This document shows positions 25,176 through 39,247 of a stretch of DNA of 64,000 bases, piece after piece (position 1 is the stretch's first letter; each line of letters opens with the position of its first letter). The DNA comes from Camelus ferus (lineage: Eukaryota). The DNA lies in contig NC_045696.1 of the NCBI RefSeq assembly GCF_009834535.1, forward strand, positions 17,486,001 through 17,550,000, in the 5' to 3' direction. The translations under genes were made by a program, and so were the position numbers. The notes under the pieces are model-generated. The model did not search any database. It was not told the DNA's origin and worked only from the letters and a program-made list of their open reading frames with translations.

Positions 25176-28100
25176 ACCTAGTGTCATCCCAAGGCTTATT
25201 TTTAAACAAAACAAAACTGGTATTTCTTAGAATATACTTGTGTGTGAGTATGCATTTTCTTATATTTGGAGTAGAGTGGACAGCTCTATCTGTATAAAGC
25301 AAGTTCTATAAATCTCCCAATTGCTCTAGCAGGGATTCTAGTCATGAAAATCATAACTTGTCTTCAACATAACCCTTAAAACTTCGACAAGTGATGCTTA
25401 ATTCTTATCATAGTTAGTTCTGTGTGGAAGAATGTAAAAGCTATGCTCTAAATGAAAAGAAACCAACATGGAAATTAACTTTATTAGCACCAAATATATC
25501 CTACCTTTAAAAATAAATTCAATAAATTATAAAAGAGAATAAAACCAAATGATCAAAAGGAAAAAAAAACTTTAAAATGCTTTAAATAAGACATCTTTAT
25601 ATAAAAAGAATCAATATAGTGAGGAAGTATTTCCAGCAAGCTGAGCCTGAAACAAAAGGAATCAATACTAAATTTCAGCAAGTAGATTTTGTGTTTAAAG
25701 TGATCAAGAGGACTTTAGTGACTTCTTTTTCTTTATCATGACTTCTTTAAGTAACCACAATATTTGAAAATAACTCTAAATTAAATCCAATGCTGTTTTG
25801 TACTTGGTTTTGTGTTTTCAAACTTCTTATTATATATTCTCAATAATAAAAAAGCACAATATCATTTATCAAATATTAGTAAATTTAATTATTCATTTTA
25901 ATAAAAATACATTTTAAGTATTACTAAGATTACGTTTACACCTTCAGTAGGAGAGCTTGCACACATCCTGGAGGATATCCATCCTTTTCTAAGAGCTCTT
26001 TGCTCTATACAGTGTTGCAGGTGAGATAGAAACTAATAGATTTAAATATGACAGTGACAAGATCAAAGCAGAATTTCCGAAGGCTAATCATCTATGGAAT
26101 GCAGAAGCAGATGGAACATGTGAGTTGGAGACCGTGAGATAAGTAAAACATCTATCTCTATGGTCCATATGTAAAATATTAAGAAGGAAGTCCAGGGTGA
26201 AGACATTCTGTGAAACCATTTGTGAGCCAGACCGTACACAGTAATTTCCATACTCTAACTCATCTGTATTAAAAGAAAAGACATTGACCTTCCCACATCC
26301 AGGAGTCTGAAGCTCTTGAACAAATGAGATAAAGTCATTTACTTCTCCTTTGCCTTTGGGAATGTGCCTAGTATAATAGAAAAAAAATAAATAAATAGAA
26401 AAATAATGTACCATAAATAGAAAAAATAAATAATAATGATTTTTAATGATCTAGAACTCATTAAGTGTGTTTCACATGAAATGTCGTGAAATATGTTGAT
26501 TATGATTTCAAATTATTTTGATGAATATTTCAGTTAGTGCAACACTGCTTAAGTGTCTTCTGAATTTGTCCTACAGAAATTTCTCACAGCAATTAAGTAC
26601 CTTTTGCAGGCTGTGTTATAGTACACACTGTATTTATATTAAAATGTGAAATGTCCAGATGTGAATAAGTTTGGGCACTGAGCTGGTCTCTGTTATTTTA
26701 AAGGATGTTCCTGACATTTTTTATCCATCTTTGAAACTGGAAACTATGAATATCATAATCCTTCAGTGAATTAAATTTCCATAAAATTCTCATGAAGTAT
26801 TCATCTTTATTTTTCCATATTTTAAAACGCATCAAGTACCTAAATTAGTGTAATATGTGTAGTGCATTTATTTGTCTGACTTATAAAATTATATAATATA
26901 TTGAAGTATTAAAAATATATTGCATACGATCTACTTTGTTTTATAACTAGAAATTTCATATTTATAGTAGACAGAATTCTATGATTCTGCCTCTTGGTTT
27001 TGAAAAATATGGGGAAGTTTCCAGGAGATAATTTCTACTCAAAACTAAAATTTTGCTCAGTTTCTCTAAGCCTAGCTCAGTGTATCATTTTGTCTGCAAG
27101 TTCATTAGGACTTTACTTAGAAATAACATTGTAATTTAACTATACAGTAGTTCTTTATATGAACAAAAGAAAAACACAATAAATTCATAGTTTGAAATTT
27201 TACATGCAGTAACCTTTCATTGCATGAAAACCACCTTTCTTTCAACCTAATATTTAAATATTTTTAACATTTAATATAAATAAGTGATATTTAAACATTT
27301 TTCTCAAAACATTTTCCATGACTATTTTCTAAGTTATATATTCACTTATCCAAAGTACAAAATTTAGCTATGTTAGTATACAAGTAAACGTACTGTTAAT
27401 TTAGTTGAATGCTGTTACCTTTAAAATTCACTCATTCTATCCTGTAGTCCACACTGATACTGTTTTGAAATAAATGAGCTATTGTTCCAACTGAGATAGA
27501 GTTGTTAAGTATTTAAACTAATAATAATGAGCAATAACAGTTTCTGGGTAGGACTTATTTTAGTAGCTGTATTAAATAAATAATATGAATCTTTGATACT
27601 GGCAACAACCTAAGAACTATTTACTACCATTATTCCTTTTTACAAATGGGAAAAGTGAGGTTAAATATTCACAGGGGGTATAGTATATCTAGGAAGTGAA
27701 GCAACATCTCCTGGGTTGAATAGCCAGAAAATGGAGACTCTAAGATTGTACTCAGGCGGACAGGCTGTTCTGTTCCCAGAGCCAATGCCATCAACAATTT
27801 TGCAATTCTTACCCCCTTATCAGTTTGGGTGGAGAGATTACAGTGAAGGTTAATGAAGTTTCTTCGTATGTGTGTACCAATTTCAAGATTCTAATTGTAT
27901 TCAACAAATAGAGGGAAGTGGTTTTATAGATTCTTTTGGCATACTGAGTTAGATACAAACTAGTAAGTTAAAGAACACTGTTTCTTATAATTTTTTTAAA
28001 TCAAAACTTTAGAAATTTTTATTTTGGGATCTCAAGAGATATTACTAGTAACAGAAGAGAACAAAAAGATAATTTTTTTCCTTAAAACCAGTCATTTTAT

Positions 28101-28609
28101 AGTCTGGCTTCTAAAGAGTGCATTTCTGCTTGCCTACATCAGAATCTAGAGCAGACATTCTTTGAGTTAGTGAAAATTTAGAGTGCCAGCGAATCACCTG
28201 AAAAAAGCATGAAAAATAGTCTATGTGAGTTTTATTAGCATATGTGTGATATAATGGATAATACTTTTAACAAAATCAGCACTACTGATCAAAAAAACAA
28301 AAAGGAACTGTACACTCTAAAGAATCTAAAAAATGTGGCACAGGTGCTCAGCTCATGTCGGTAGCTTGATTCACAGGTAAAAAGTTACATTCTCTAGAGC
28401 AAAGAGTCTTAGGGAGTACACGAATCTAAAGTTGTACATAAATCTTGCACATATATATGTATTCTCCAGAGTAGAAGTTCATATCTTTCATTAGAATCTC
28501 TCAAGTGTCCATATAGCAGCAAGACAATTTAAAGAAAAAGTTATTACGAAAAATTACAAAATTGTTCTTTATTTATAGTTCATCTAACCAAAAAAAATCA
28601 GAAACTAAC

Positions 28610-29100
28610 AGTTATTTTTCCTCAACCCTTTGAAGACAGTATTTCACTGGATTCTGGCTTTTAATGTTATGATTGTGAGATTGTTATCAGTTTTACTCTA
28701 CTTCTTTGTAGGTAATCAGTCTTCTCTCTGTTATGTTTAAGATCTTTGTGCCTAATTGTTTTGGAACTTTTTTGTGGCATCCTTTTCTATTTTTTCCTTG
28801 CCTAGAAATCTTTAGACATTTCTAAAGATTCATGTCTTTTACCAGTTCAGAACAAATTCTGTCATTAACTTTCTTGAAACTACTTCATCCTCAATTTTTT
28901 TCTTCCAGATGTATGTCAGAGACAAACAGAGTGCCAGGATTTCATCTACCTACATTTCACTTTGTTTTTTCATATTTTTATTTATCTTTTCAGATTTTAG
29001 GATAATTTCTTCCACTCTACCATCTAGTGCATTTTCTTTACCTTTCTCTATTATGCTATTTAATACAGCATATTTTTTATTTCAATGATTATATTTCAGT
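28610..29100 (-). mobile_element. Ancient L1M/HAL1-type fragment (ORF1 region, antisense)
   Basis: T-rich tract with tttgaagacagtatttcactggattctggcttttaatgtt...ctttgtaggtaatcagtcttctctctg...tttaagatct, typical of old L1 antisense. Confidence 0.45.
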
Positions 29101-30449
29101 TATCACTTGATTAAAATGACAGGATAAGCTTCAACACAAAAATTTACTTCATAGATGATTCTGTTTCTTGGAAACTTGATTAATTGGATAAGACTTCTAC
29201 CTGGACACTCTGCCCCAGGCCCAATGTGTGTAAGTGAAGCCCTAACTATTGTTCTGATTACTGATATGTGATAGAAAACTGATTTTCAAAATACAATAAA
29301 TTGTAAACAGTTCGTAAATCAGCAACTTCATCTAAGTGTAAAAAGTGAGACATTTTGACATATTTTGTACATTATCACAGATATAACAGAGCTTCTGGGT
29401 TGAGGCAACTTGACATTTTCTTCACTCTGTCATCTTAGATTTTATGAATATATATTTTACTGTGATTTCAATGAAGAGAAAACAGAAATTTTACCAAGCA
29501 GCTTCCCCGCTTTTTAGTCTTTATAATGGAAATGACAATTTAATACGTTTTACACATGAATTTTCTTTTATATAATACAGAAATTTTCTTTCAAAAAGGA
29601 ACATTTATTTTTCATTTGAATTGGAAATATATGTCAGTTAAAATTCATACTTAGTTGTTCCTCTTTATGGAAACACAAATTGTTATGTAATTTGGTTTAT
29701 CAAAGCTTAGTTTATATTTTAAATAGAATTGCTTTTTGATTCTGAAAATAAGAAAATCATCAATTTGGAAATAACAGCTTATAATACATGAAATATGTTA
29801 TAAAATAAAATTATTTTAATACCTTCTACCCTTACTATTCTAAAGATGTAGTGATAAAATACAGTTTGGAAATAGCTACCCAGTTGAATCTAGGCAGTGG
29901 CCTCACAGGATGTAAATGCAAGGTATACAATTTAATATATAGATGATAATTTGAAAATTATTGAGCTTAGTTTGTAAACACTGTAATTAAGGTCATGTAC
30001 ACACTCCATTATTGCTTCTGTTTCTAAAATCCTAGCAAAAGCCTTAATCTCAGCAAAAGCCTTAATTTCAATTGAAGTTTGGACCAAATTATTTTTATAG
30101 TAGAGGTCATTTCAGTCTTATGAAAAAGCATCATTTTTTAAAATTTTGATTCCATTGATTTTTTTGTTTTTGTTTTTGTTATTTACATAATTTTAAGGTG
30201 CAGGTTTGTAGCTACAAAATATAATAATTTAACACGTTAGCAAGTTAATTTTAAATAGAAGTGTGGATAAGAATGTGGTAGAAATAAACAGATAAAATTA
30301 AGATATTAGATGCATACTTTTCCTTCTACACAAAAATGTTATATACATCATGAATAAACATAACCAGTACCAGAATAAATTAACTTTCTTCCAATTTCTA
30401 CAAATTACTACATTTTAGAAAACTTTTGAAAATACCTATTTCATAGAAT

Positions 30450-30472
30450 AACAACAACAACAACAACAACAA
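30450..30472. repeat. (AAC)7 microsatellite
   Basis: Read directly. Confidence 0.95.
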
Positions 30473-31109
30473 AAACTATTCATACACCAACCATCTAAGT
30501 CTAGGAATAGGCACTTATAAAGGCACAGATGCCTGAGCTGGTAATGTAACTCTAGAAACTGACACAAATGTAAGCCTGGCCGGAAAGATTCAGAATACCC
30601 CTTTAAAGAAAACCATAGTACAGCATTGAAAGTAGAAGATAGAAGATATTTAAAAATAACCTACTACATGTTCAAACCAAAGTTTTGCTGTAACACAAAC
30701 AGGCATACATTTACTCACAAATACATGTATGTATGTGTAGCTGCATTCACAAAAATGTTTACATTTTTTGTAATCCACAAATTGGATGGATTCAGTTTAT
30801 GTGAAAATTCTGTGATTTGTATAATATGAATTACATGGAATTTTAAAATTAAAAAAAATTATTAACCATATTTTTTCCTCAGTTCTTCTCTGAGGTACAT
30901 TTTAACCTACCAGATTACCAGATTTCATCCAAATCAAGTAGTAAGTGTTAAATCTGTGACAGGAGTGTGGTTAAATCTCTTCATTAAAATGAAGCCATTG
31001 GCAGCATCTGTGCCAGTGAGGAATATGTGATATTTTAGTGTCCCTGGTGGATTCTTACATAGCTGACCTGAATCACCTCCTACCCTGCAAAAAAAAAATA
31101 TATATATAT

Positions 31110-31551
31110 AAGAGTAATGCCTGTTTTATGTAACAATCCAAAGCTCAGAGGCATTAAACAACAAAAATGTATTATATATACTATTCTCTGGATCTGGAAT
31201 TCAGATTGGACTTGAATTGACGATTCTTCTCTTCCACATGGCACCAGTAGAGGGCGCTCTTTGGATTCCCATAGCAGATAGGCAGGTCTGGATGATGAGG
31301 TTTGCACTGTGGCTGAAGGCTGGCAGTTTGGAGTCTCAGGGTAATTGGAATCCATAGGTTTCAAGAGCCCCAGGCCCAGGCCGCAGTGTCCCTTTTGGCG
31401 CAGTCTTGCAACCCTTGAAAGGTCAGTTTCACTACATTCCTTTCTGCAAAGGATTCACTAAGACCTTCCCAGATTCAAGGGGAAGAAAACTCTATTCCAT
31501 CTCTCACTGAGAGGAGAAACAAAGCATTCACATCACCTGTAATCCACCATT
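31110..31551 (-). mobile_element. MLT1 (ERVL-MaLR) LTR, MLT1G/H-like
   Basis: tgtaacaatccaaagctcagaggcattaaacaacaa...ccagattcaaggggaagaaaactctattccatctctcactgagaggagaaacaaag...taatccacca matches MLT1 antisense ends. Confidence 0.65.
31244..31257 (+). promoter_or_regulatory. Candidate CTCF binding motif
   Basis: CCAGTAGAGGGCGC fits the CTCF core consensus CCASYAGRKGGCRS at every position. Binding is not demonstrated. Confidence 0.5.
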
Positions 31552-33020
31552 CAGCAGAAATTTAAAGTTTTGAAAAAAAAAATTGTTTTCATTTTAAAGT
31601 AGTGTTCTCCATAATAGAATAAGAACTACAGTGAAGCAAGCGTTTTTAATTTCTCTCCAAATTCAATCCTTATGATGACCATACTGGGTATAAAATATAA
31701 AAATAATTGCTGGACTTAAACAATTACAACAAAGTAGCCATATTTTTGTGTGTCAGTAACTTAAATTAAATAGGGTTAGGGGACAATCAGGGAAATAAAA
31801 CAAGCTGTTAAATCACATGTTAAATATGTTTCCCTCTATAAATAAGACATTCTAATTTTTATTATAAACCTTTGTTATTTTAATTTTCTCTGTAAATTTT
31901 AAAAAAATTACACCTTAACTCATCCTGGACATGCAGGCTCTACTATTAAAATTATTCTTACCTTAACTAAAGATGGATTTGTAAATAAAATATGGTAATT
32001 CAATGAATTGTACCTCAATATTGAAGTGTTTTGAATTTACCATAATATTGATTTATATCCCTGGAACTTTTGAAGGTATCTGACAGTTCTAAATACTTAC
32101 TTTATCCCTCAGGAAAAACTGTATTTTGGGCTCTTACCTCTGAACAGAAATGAATGTAGGTGCAGGGAACTCAATAAGAAAAATGTAAATAAGACAATTT
32201 GATGTCTCATATCAAGATTTGATACCATTAACTGTTATTACTTTATCTCATATAATAATGAAGTATTATAAGCAGTTCATATGTAATAACTACCTTGTTA
32301 CAAATGACGTTCTAATTTTAGTTAGATGTGCTCTGCATTTGGTGCTTCTTTTTTTAACTCAGTATAGTATGTTTGTTATCTCCTGCGTTTCATAAATTGA
32401 AATTAGGAAGCATAATCTCTGAAATGTCAAAAACAAATTGGCAGGTTTCTGCTTAAAAGGAAAAAACAAAAGTGCTTTTGAACATTAAAAGGAGGAGCCT
32501 AATCTCCTAACTTTTTTAGACTTGATAATAAGTTTGGGTTCAAATTATGAATAGTTGGATTCTTTTTTACACTTTTACAGGAAATATTAAAGACTATATG
32601 TTGGGTTCAGAGGTGAAAACTTGCTCTTAAAGATTTTGCAAGATTATGGGCAATCATTCTATTTTCCTAATCTCTATTCTGTTTAGTCAATAAAATTTTA
32701 AGCCATTTGCAAAGCAAATAAATAAAAACAAGAACTATAGTTTCACAATAAAAGTAACTTAAGTAGTTATGATGTTGAATATTTTGTATTCAACAATCAC
32801 TAGCTTTTTATGGCCTACTTATATGGCAGTTACCAGTAGTTTTATAACTAAGATAAATATATCACTGATTCAACTACCCTTCAGATCATCTGGCCCAGGC
32901 CTCAAATGCAAGGAATAAGCATGTTAGATAAGTTCACTTTTTATCATTGTCATATATAATTTTCAACTAGAATTTTCTCTAATCCTCATACTAATAGCAG
33001 ATAAGAAATTATCATGTCTC

Positions 33021-33990
33021 TACAAATGGCCAATAGGCACATGAAAAAATGCTCAGTATCACTAATTATCAGAGAAATGCAAATCAAAGCTACAATGAAG
33101 TATCACCTCAGACAAGTCAGAATGGCCATCATTCAAAAGCCTACAAACAATAAATGCCGGAGAAGATGTGGAGAAAAGGGAGCCCTCCAACACTGTTGGT
33201 CAGAATGTAGATTAGTGTAGCCATTATGGAAACAGAATGAAGATTCCTCAAAAAACTAAAAAAGACTTATCATATGATCCAGCAATCCAAATCCTGGGCT
33301 TATATCTGAAGGGAACTCTAATTCAAAAAGATACATGCACCCCAGTGTTCATAGCAGCACTATTTACAATAGCCAAAACATGGAAACAACCTAAATGCCC
33401 ACTGACAAATGACTAGATAAAGAAGTTGTGACTAGATAAAGAAGTATATATATGTATATACACACATACACACACACACATACATACATACATACATATA
33501 CATACACTGGAATACTACTCAGCCATAAAAAAGAATAAAAGAATGTGATTTTCAGCAACATGGATAGACCAGGAGATGATCATCAGACTAAGTGAAGTAA
33601 GCCAGAAAGAAAAAGAAAAATACCACATGATACCACTTATAAGTGGAATCTTAAAAAAAAAAAAAAAAAAAGACACAGATGAACTTATTTACAAAACAGA
33701 AACAGACTCACAGATATATAAAAACAAACTGATGGTTACCAGGGGGAAAGGAAGTGGGAAGGGATAAAATGAGAGTTTGAGATGTGCAGATACGAACTAC
33801 TATATAAAATAGATACACAAGTTTATATTGCATAGCTCAAGAAACTACATTCAATATCTTGTAGTAACCTATAATGGAAAATAATATGAAAGGAATATAT
33901 ATATGTATATGTATGACTGAAACATGCTATATACCAGGAATTGACACAATATTGTAAACTGGCTATACTTCAATTAAAAAAAAAAAAGAA
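33021..33990 (+). mobile_element. 5'-truncated L1 with 18-bp TSD (same subfamily as 13568-14670)
   Basis: ORF2 C-terminal peptide ([22 protein letters not shown]...), 3'UTR and poly(A). TSD aagaaattatcatgtctc (33003-33020) / aagaaatgattatgtctc (33991-34008), 2 mismatches. Confidence 0.96.
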
Positions 33991-35822
33991 AAGAAATGAT
34001 TATGTCTCAACTATTAAAATATATGACACTTATTTGCAAAACAGCTGAATCAGAGGAGCAGGCTAAATTTTAAATAAGAATGTTTTAAAACAAGATCACT
34101 GTTCCCTATCCTGAAAGCATATTCAGTCCAGTATCCCCAAATAATTCCAAGCATTAAGCATTACAATGCTAAATTTAAAATATGCAAACACTTTTTATTC
34201 TTTCTAAAAAGAAAATATTACTTACATTCAACAAAATTATGTTTAATAATTGTGGTCCTTTTCTAGTTATACATAAACCTATTTTTAACTAGCATTTGAA
34301 TATAACTCATCAAATTTTGTTTGTTTTGATACTAATCCACATAAAATTATTTAAGTAACAATGGCATTATTTACTTCCAAAAAAAAATCACATACAAAAG
34401 AGAGAAAAGGGGTTAAGATGGATTTTTGATCAAATGAAAAACAAACTACCAGGAAAATCTATTTAAATGAAACTTACCAGGAAAAATTATTTAAAGAAAA
34501 ATAGATTTGTTCTTAAATAAATAATTAGAAAAAGTGGGTTAAGTACTCAATTAGTGTTGAATTAAAATCATGACTAAATTAAAATTAAAGTGAAAATTGG
34601 GTCAGAGTTCTGATTAAGGTATATGAAGAAGTATTAAAAGAATCTGGATTAATCAAAACTGAAATTATTAGACTTACCAATAGCATGTAAGTGGTATTAA
34701 TTAAATTAGTCACTTTGGGGAGAGAAGAAGTCCATGTAAATAAAGCATTAAATAAGTTTGAGTCAAGAAAGAAATTTCTAGCTTTGGAGATTTTCTTTTT
34801 TTTTTTAAACCTGAAATCTATCAAAGAAACACACAGGGGAAGTTTGAAAACTGGTTTTCAAATCATGAAAATAAGAAAGAAGTTAGTTTTGACTCAATGA
34901 TAATTTGCTTAAAATTCTATTTGTATTAGAGCAAAGCTTTTTGTTTTTGCTCTTTGTAACTTAAAGATAAAATCTCTGAACATTTAACTCTCAGCCTTAG
35001 ATAAGTCTTAAATCCCTCTCACTGTAAACATCTTTCTTTGCAGAAATAGTTCTAGATTCTTGGCCAAAAATCTTACAATTGTCAAGAAGACTTATTCTGT
35101 AATGATTAAAACAAATAATTTGCAGAGCTCAGCACAAACTCCTAAAAAACAATTAAATCCAAGTGACTATAAAGGATTTAAGGTGGAGGAAGAAGCTCAA
35201 ATGCTCAAATATGTTCCTTGCCTTGTCACAGGAACTGCTTTAACTGATATGTTTCATTCTTAGAAACTACATTTAATAAATTATAAGTTTTTTTATGATT
35301 ATACTCATAATAGAAATGTTATATGAGCCATCAAGCTCAGTTTCAATCATATTAAAAAACACAATGATAATTCTGTTAGAGAAAATAGAAAACAGTTGTT
35401 TTGTTTTTTAAATCAATGTGTTAATAGTAGAAACCACTGATTTAATTATTTCCACATATATATGCACATATCTTCTGGAAAACTTAGAAAAATTAAAAGC
35501 TCTGGGATTTTATACAAGTTTCTCAAAATAGATTTTGCAAAGCAAAATTGTTTAACCTGTCTACAGAAGAGATTCTGCATAATTTATTGGTGTGCTAATG
35601 TTTATTTATATCCGGAAAATCAAACAAGCTAAATGAACTGATATTTAAAACACTAAAGCAAAAAACAAATATATCTGTGTTGAAAAGCAACTTCTTTTTA
35701 AGGAAGTGAAAAATGATTATCCTAACTAAATTTTTTGTAACCATATTTTCAGTTTGTCCAACCATTTTCCTATATGGTTAAGGTCAAGAATGGATAAAAC
35801 TCTCATACAACTACGTGTCAGA

Positions 35823-36416
35823 TGTGATGGTTAATTTTATGTATCACCTTGACTGGATCATGCAGTGTTGAGATATATGGTCAAACATTATTCTGAGTGT
35901 TTTTATAAAGGTGTTTTTGGGTGAGTTTAACTTTTAAATCAATAGTAAAGCAGATCAACACCCCTCATATGGGAGGGCCCCATCCAATCAGTTAAAGGCC
36001 TGACTAGAACAAAAAGGTTAACCTTCACCTAAATAAAAGGGAATTTCTCCTAACTGACTGCCTTCAAGCTGGGAAACCTCTTTTTTTTTTTTTTCTTAGC
36101 TTTAGACTCAAACTGAAACATCAGTTTTCCTGGGTCTTGAGCCTGCTAGCCTTTGGACTAGAAGTATACCATGGCTGTCCTGAGTCTCAGGCATTTGGGC
36201 TCAGACTGCATTACATCATCTCACTTTTGGGTCTCTAGCTTGCCAACTGCAGATCCTGGGACTTGTCAGCCTCTATATTACATGAGCCAATTTCTTATAA
36301 TATGTCTATCCCTTTCTCTTTCTATCTCCTTAAGAAAGCGATAGATATAATAGAGCTAGATTTAGAAAGATATATATCTCCTATTGGTTACATTTTTTGT
36401 ATAATTCTAATATACC
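35823..36416 (+). mobile_element. MLT2 (ERVL) solo LTR
   Basis: Starts tgtgatggttaattttatgtatcaccttgactgg, contains catccaatcagttaaaggcctgactagaacaaaaagg, and ends ...ctcctattggtt...ctaatata. This is the MLT2B/D layout. Confidence 0.85.
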
Positions 36417-36696
36417 AGCATTATATACTACCTTGATATTTTCAATGTCTGCTTTCACTTGTAATACATGTAATACTTTTCCTTTTTATGTTAAATGAAT
36501 GGTGAGGGTGAACTTATGGACTTCTTATCTCTGTCAACTTTATGGAAAAATAAATCAGGAGCTGTCTGTTATGCATTTTTGTATCTCTGATTACTCAGCA
36601 CAAAACCCAGTTCCTAAGTAAATAAAGTCATAAATAGTTCTGATCTGGTATGACTTTCTTAATTCTTTTAAATACAATTTTTAAATAGTAACATTT

Positions 36697-38024
36697 AGAA
36701 TAGCCAAAGCAATGTTGAGGAAAAAAGAACAAAGCTGAAGGTATCACACTCCCTGACTTCAGACTATAGTACAAAGCTATATTCATCAAAACAGTAAGAT
36801 ACTGGCACAAAACAGACATACAGAGCAATGGAAGTGAATAGAGAGCCCAGAAATAAGCCCACACACCTATGGTCAATTAATCTATGACAAAGGAGACAGG
36901 AATATACAATGGAGAAAAGACAATCTCTTTGGTAAGTGGTGCTAGGAAAGCTGGACAGCTACATGTAAAAGAATGAAATTAGAACATTTTCTCACATAAT
37001 ATACAAAAATAAACTCAAAATAGATTAAAGACCTAAATATAAGACCAGAAATCATAAAATTCCTGGAAGAAAACATAGTACACTCTGACATAAGTTGTAA
37101 CAGTATTTTTTTGGCTCTGTCTCCTCAGGGAGAGTAAGCAAAAGCAAAAATAAACAAATGTGACTTGATTGCACTTAAAAAGCTTTTGCATAAAAAGAAA
37201 AGACAAAAGAAATATACTACCTACTGAATGGGATAAAATATTTTCAAAGTATACAATCAATATGCAGTTAATATCCAATATATATAAACTGCTCATATAA
37301 CTCAATGTCAAAAAATAACCTGATGAAAAAATAGGCAGAAGACCTGAATAGACATCTTTCCAAGGAAGACATAAAGGTGAACAACAGGGATATGAAAAAA
37401 TGCTCAACATCATGAATCATCAGGGAAATGCAAATTAAAACCACATTGAGGTATCGCCTGACACTTGTTAGAATAGCTATCATCAAAAAGACCACAGAAA
37501 CAAATTTGACAAGGATGTGGAGAACAGGGAACCTTGGTACACTGTTGTTAAAGAATGTAAATTGGTGCAGCCACTATGGAAAACAGTTCGGGTTTTCCTC
37601 AAAAAATTAAAAATAGAACTACCATCTGATCCAGCAATTTCACTCCTGGGTATATAATCTGAAGAAAATGAGAACACTAATTTTAAAAAATACATACACC
37701 ACAATTTTCAGAGAAGTATATTTACAATAGTCAAGATATGGAAGAAATCTAAGTGTCCATCAACAGATGAACGGATAAAAAAAATGAGATTTTGCCATTT
37801 GCAACATGGGTGGACCTAAAGGATATTATGCTTAGTGAAATAAGTCAGACAAAGACAAATACTGTATGTTATCACCTACGTGTGGAATCTAAAAAATAAA
37901 ACAAAAGAATTAATATAATAAAACAGAGACAGACTCAATTTAAAGTGAGTATAATGTGTGCAAATATTAAATCATCATGTTGTATACCTGAAACTAGTGT
38001 ACAATTGTAAATCAGCTATACTCT
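36697..38024 (+). mobile_element. Older L1 3' portion (ORF2 3' part plus deleted 3'UTR), lacking a poly(A) tail
   Basis: aatagccaaagcaatgttgaggaaaaaagaacaaagctgaaggtatcacactccctgacttcagactat... through ...ttgtaaatcagctatact. ORF2 is disrupted. Confidence 0.92.
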
Positions 38025-39247
38025 TTCTCAAGTAGATTGCCTATCTCCATGTCACTTAGTTCTAATTCTGGGGTTTTTATCTTGTTCCTTCATCTGAAAC
38101 ATATTCTTCTGTTGCTTGATTTTGTCTATTGCTATTTGTATTTTTGTGTATGTGGCAGGCTAATTATGTTTCTCAAGTTTGGAGGAGTGACCCTCTGTAG
38201 GATGTATCTTATGCACTCCAGCAGTGCAGTCCCCTGTCATCACCCAAGGGCCAGGGGCCAGCTAGTCCCAGAGTAGTGTCTGACCTGTATTTGCAGATTC
38301 AGTCTGCAGGCTATGGGGCTATAGTTTTCTTACTTCTGATGTCTGTCCCCTGGTGGATGAGGCTGGTCTAGAGGCCTGTGTCAGCTTCCTGGTGGGAGGG
38401 GCCAGTGCCTGCCAACTGGTAAGTGGAGCTAGGTCTTGGCCCCCTGGTAGGCAGGCTGTGTCTAGGGAAGTATTTAGAGGTGGCTGTGGGCTTAGGAAGT
38501 CTTTAGGAAGCTTGCCTGCTAATGGATGGGGCTTTGTGTCCATCGCCCCCCACCCATTTGTTGATTGGCTGAGATATCCCAGAACTGATGCCTACAGGCT
38601 GTTGGGTGGGGGACGGGGTTTGGTGCCAAGATGTAGCTGTCAGGAGAACTCATTGAGATGAATGCTTCCCAATATGCCCATCACCACTGTCTATGTCCGC
38701 TGGGTGAGCCACAGCTGACCCGTTTCCCCAGGAGACTCTCCAAGACCAGCAGATAAGTCTGGTCCTGGCTCTTACCAAATTACTGCTTTAGCCCTTGGTC
38801 CCACTGCACATGAGATTTTGTGTGTGACTTTTAAGAATAGAAGTCTCTATTTCCCCCAGTCCTGTGGAACTCCTGCAATCAAGCCCCATTGGAATTTAAA
38901 GCCAGATACTCTGGGGGATCCTCTTCCTGTTGCCAGACCCCAGACTAGAGGACCTGATGTGGGGCTCAGAACTCTCACTTCTGTGGGAGAACCTTTGTTA
39001 ACATAATTGTTCTTCAGTTTGTGGGTGGCCCACCCAAGGGTATGGGATTTGATTTTGTTGCAAGTCCTCCCCTCCTACCCTTCTTGTTGTCATTCCTTCT
39101 TTATGTATTTAGTTATAGAAGATCTTTTCTGGTAGGTTTCAGTCATTTTCATCAATGGCTGTTCTGCAATTAGTTGTGATTTTGGTGTGCTCATGAGAGG
39201 AGGTGAGCTTTGGGTCTTCCTACTCAGTCATCTCGTCTGCTGTTCCC
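38019..39247 (-). mobile_element. L1 5'UTR plus ORF1 N-terminus (cetartiodactyl type), truncated early in ORF1
   Basis: GC-richer block ending gaggaggtgagctttgggtcttcctactcagtcatctcg, the antisense L1 5' end. The minus strand at ~38125-38025 translates KIKQQKNMFQMKEQDK, then after a frameshift PELELSDMEIGNLLE, resembling the L1 ORF1 start. Confidence 0.85.

Noticed and set aside
30034..30069. Short tandem duplications (here 18 bp; also ~14971-15010, ~24508-24548, ~34443-34496) as a CRISPR-like or functional array
   Set aside because: Each has only two units and no spacers, consistent with ordinary slippage duplications in eukaryotic DNA.
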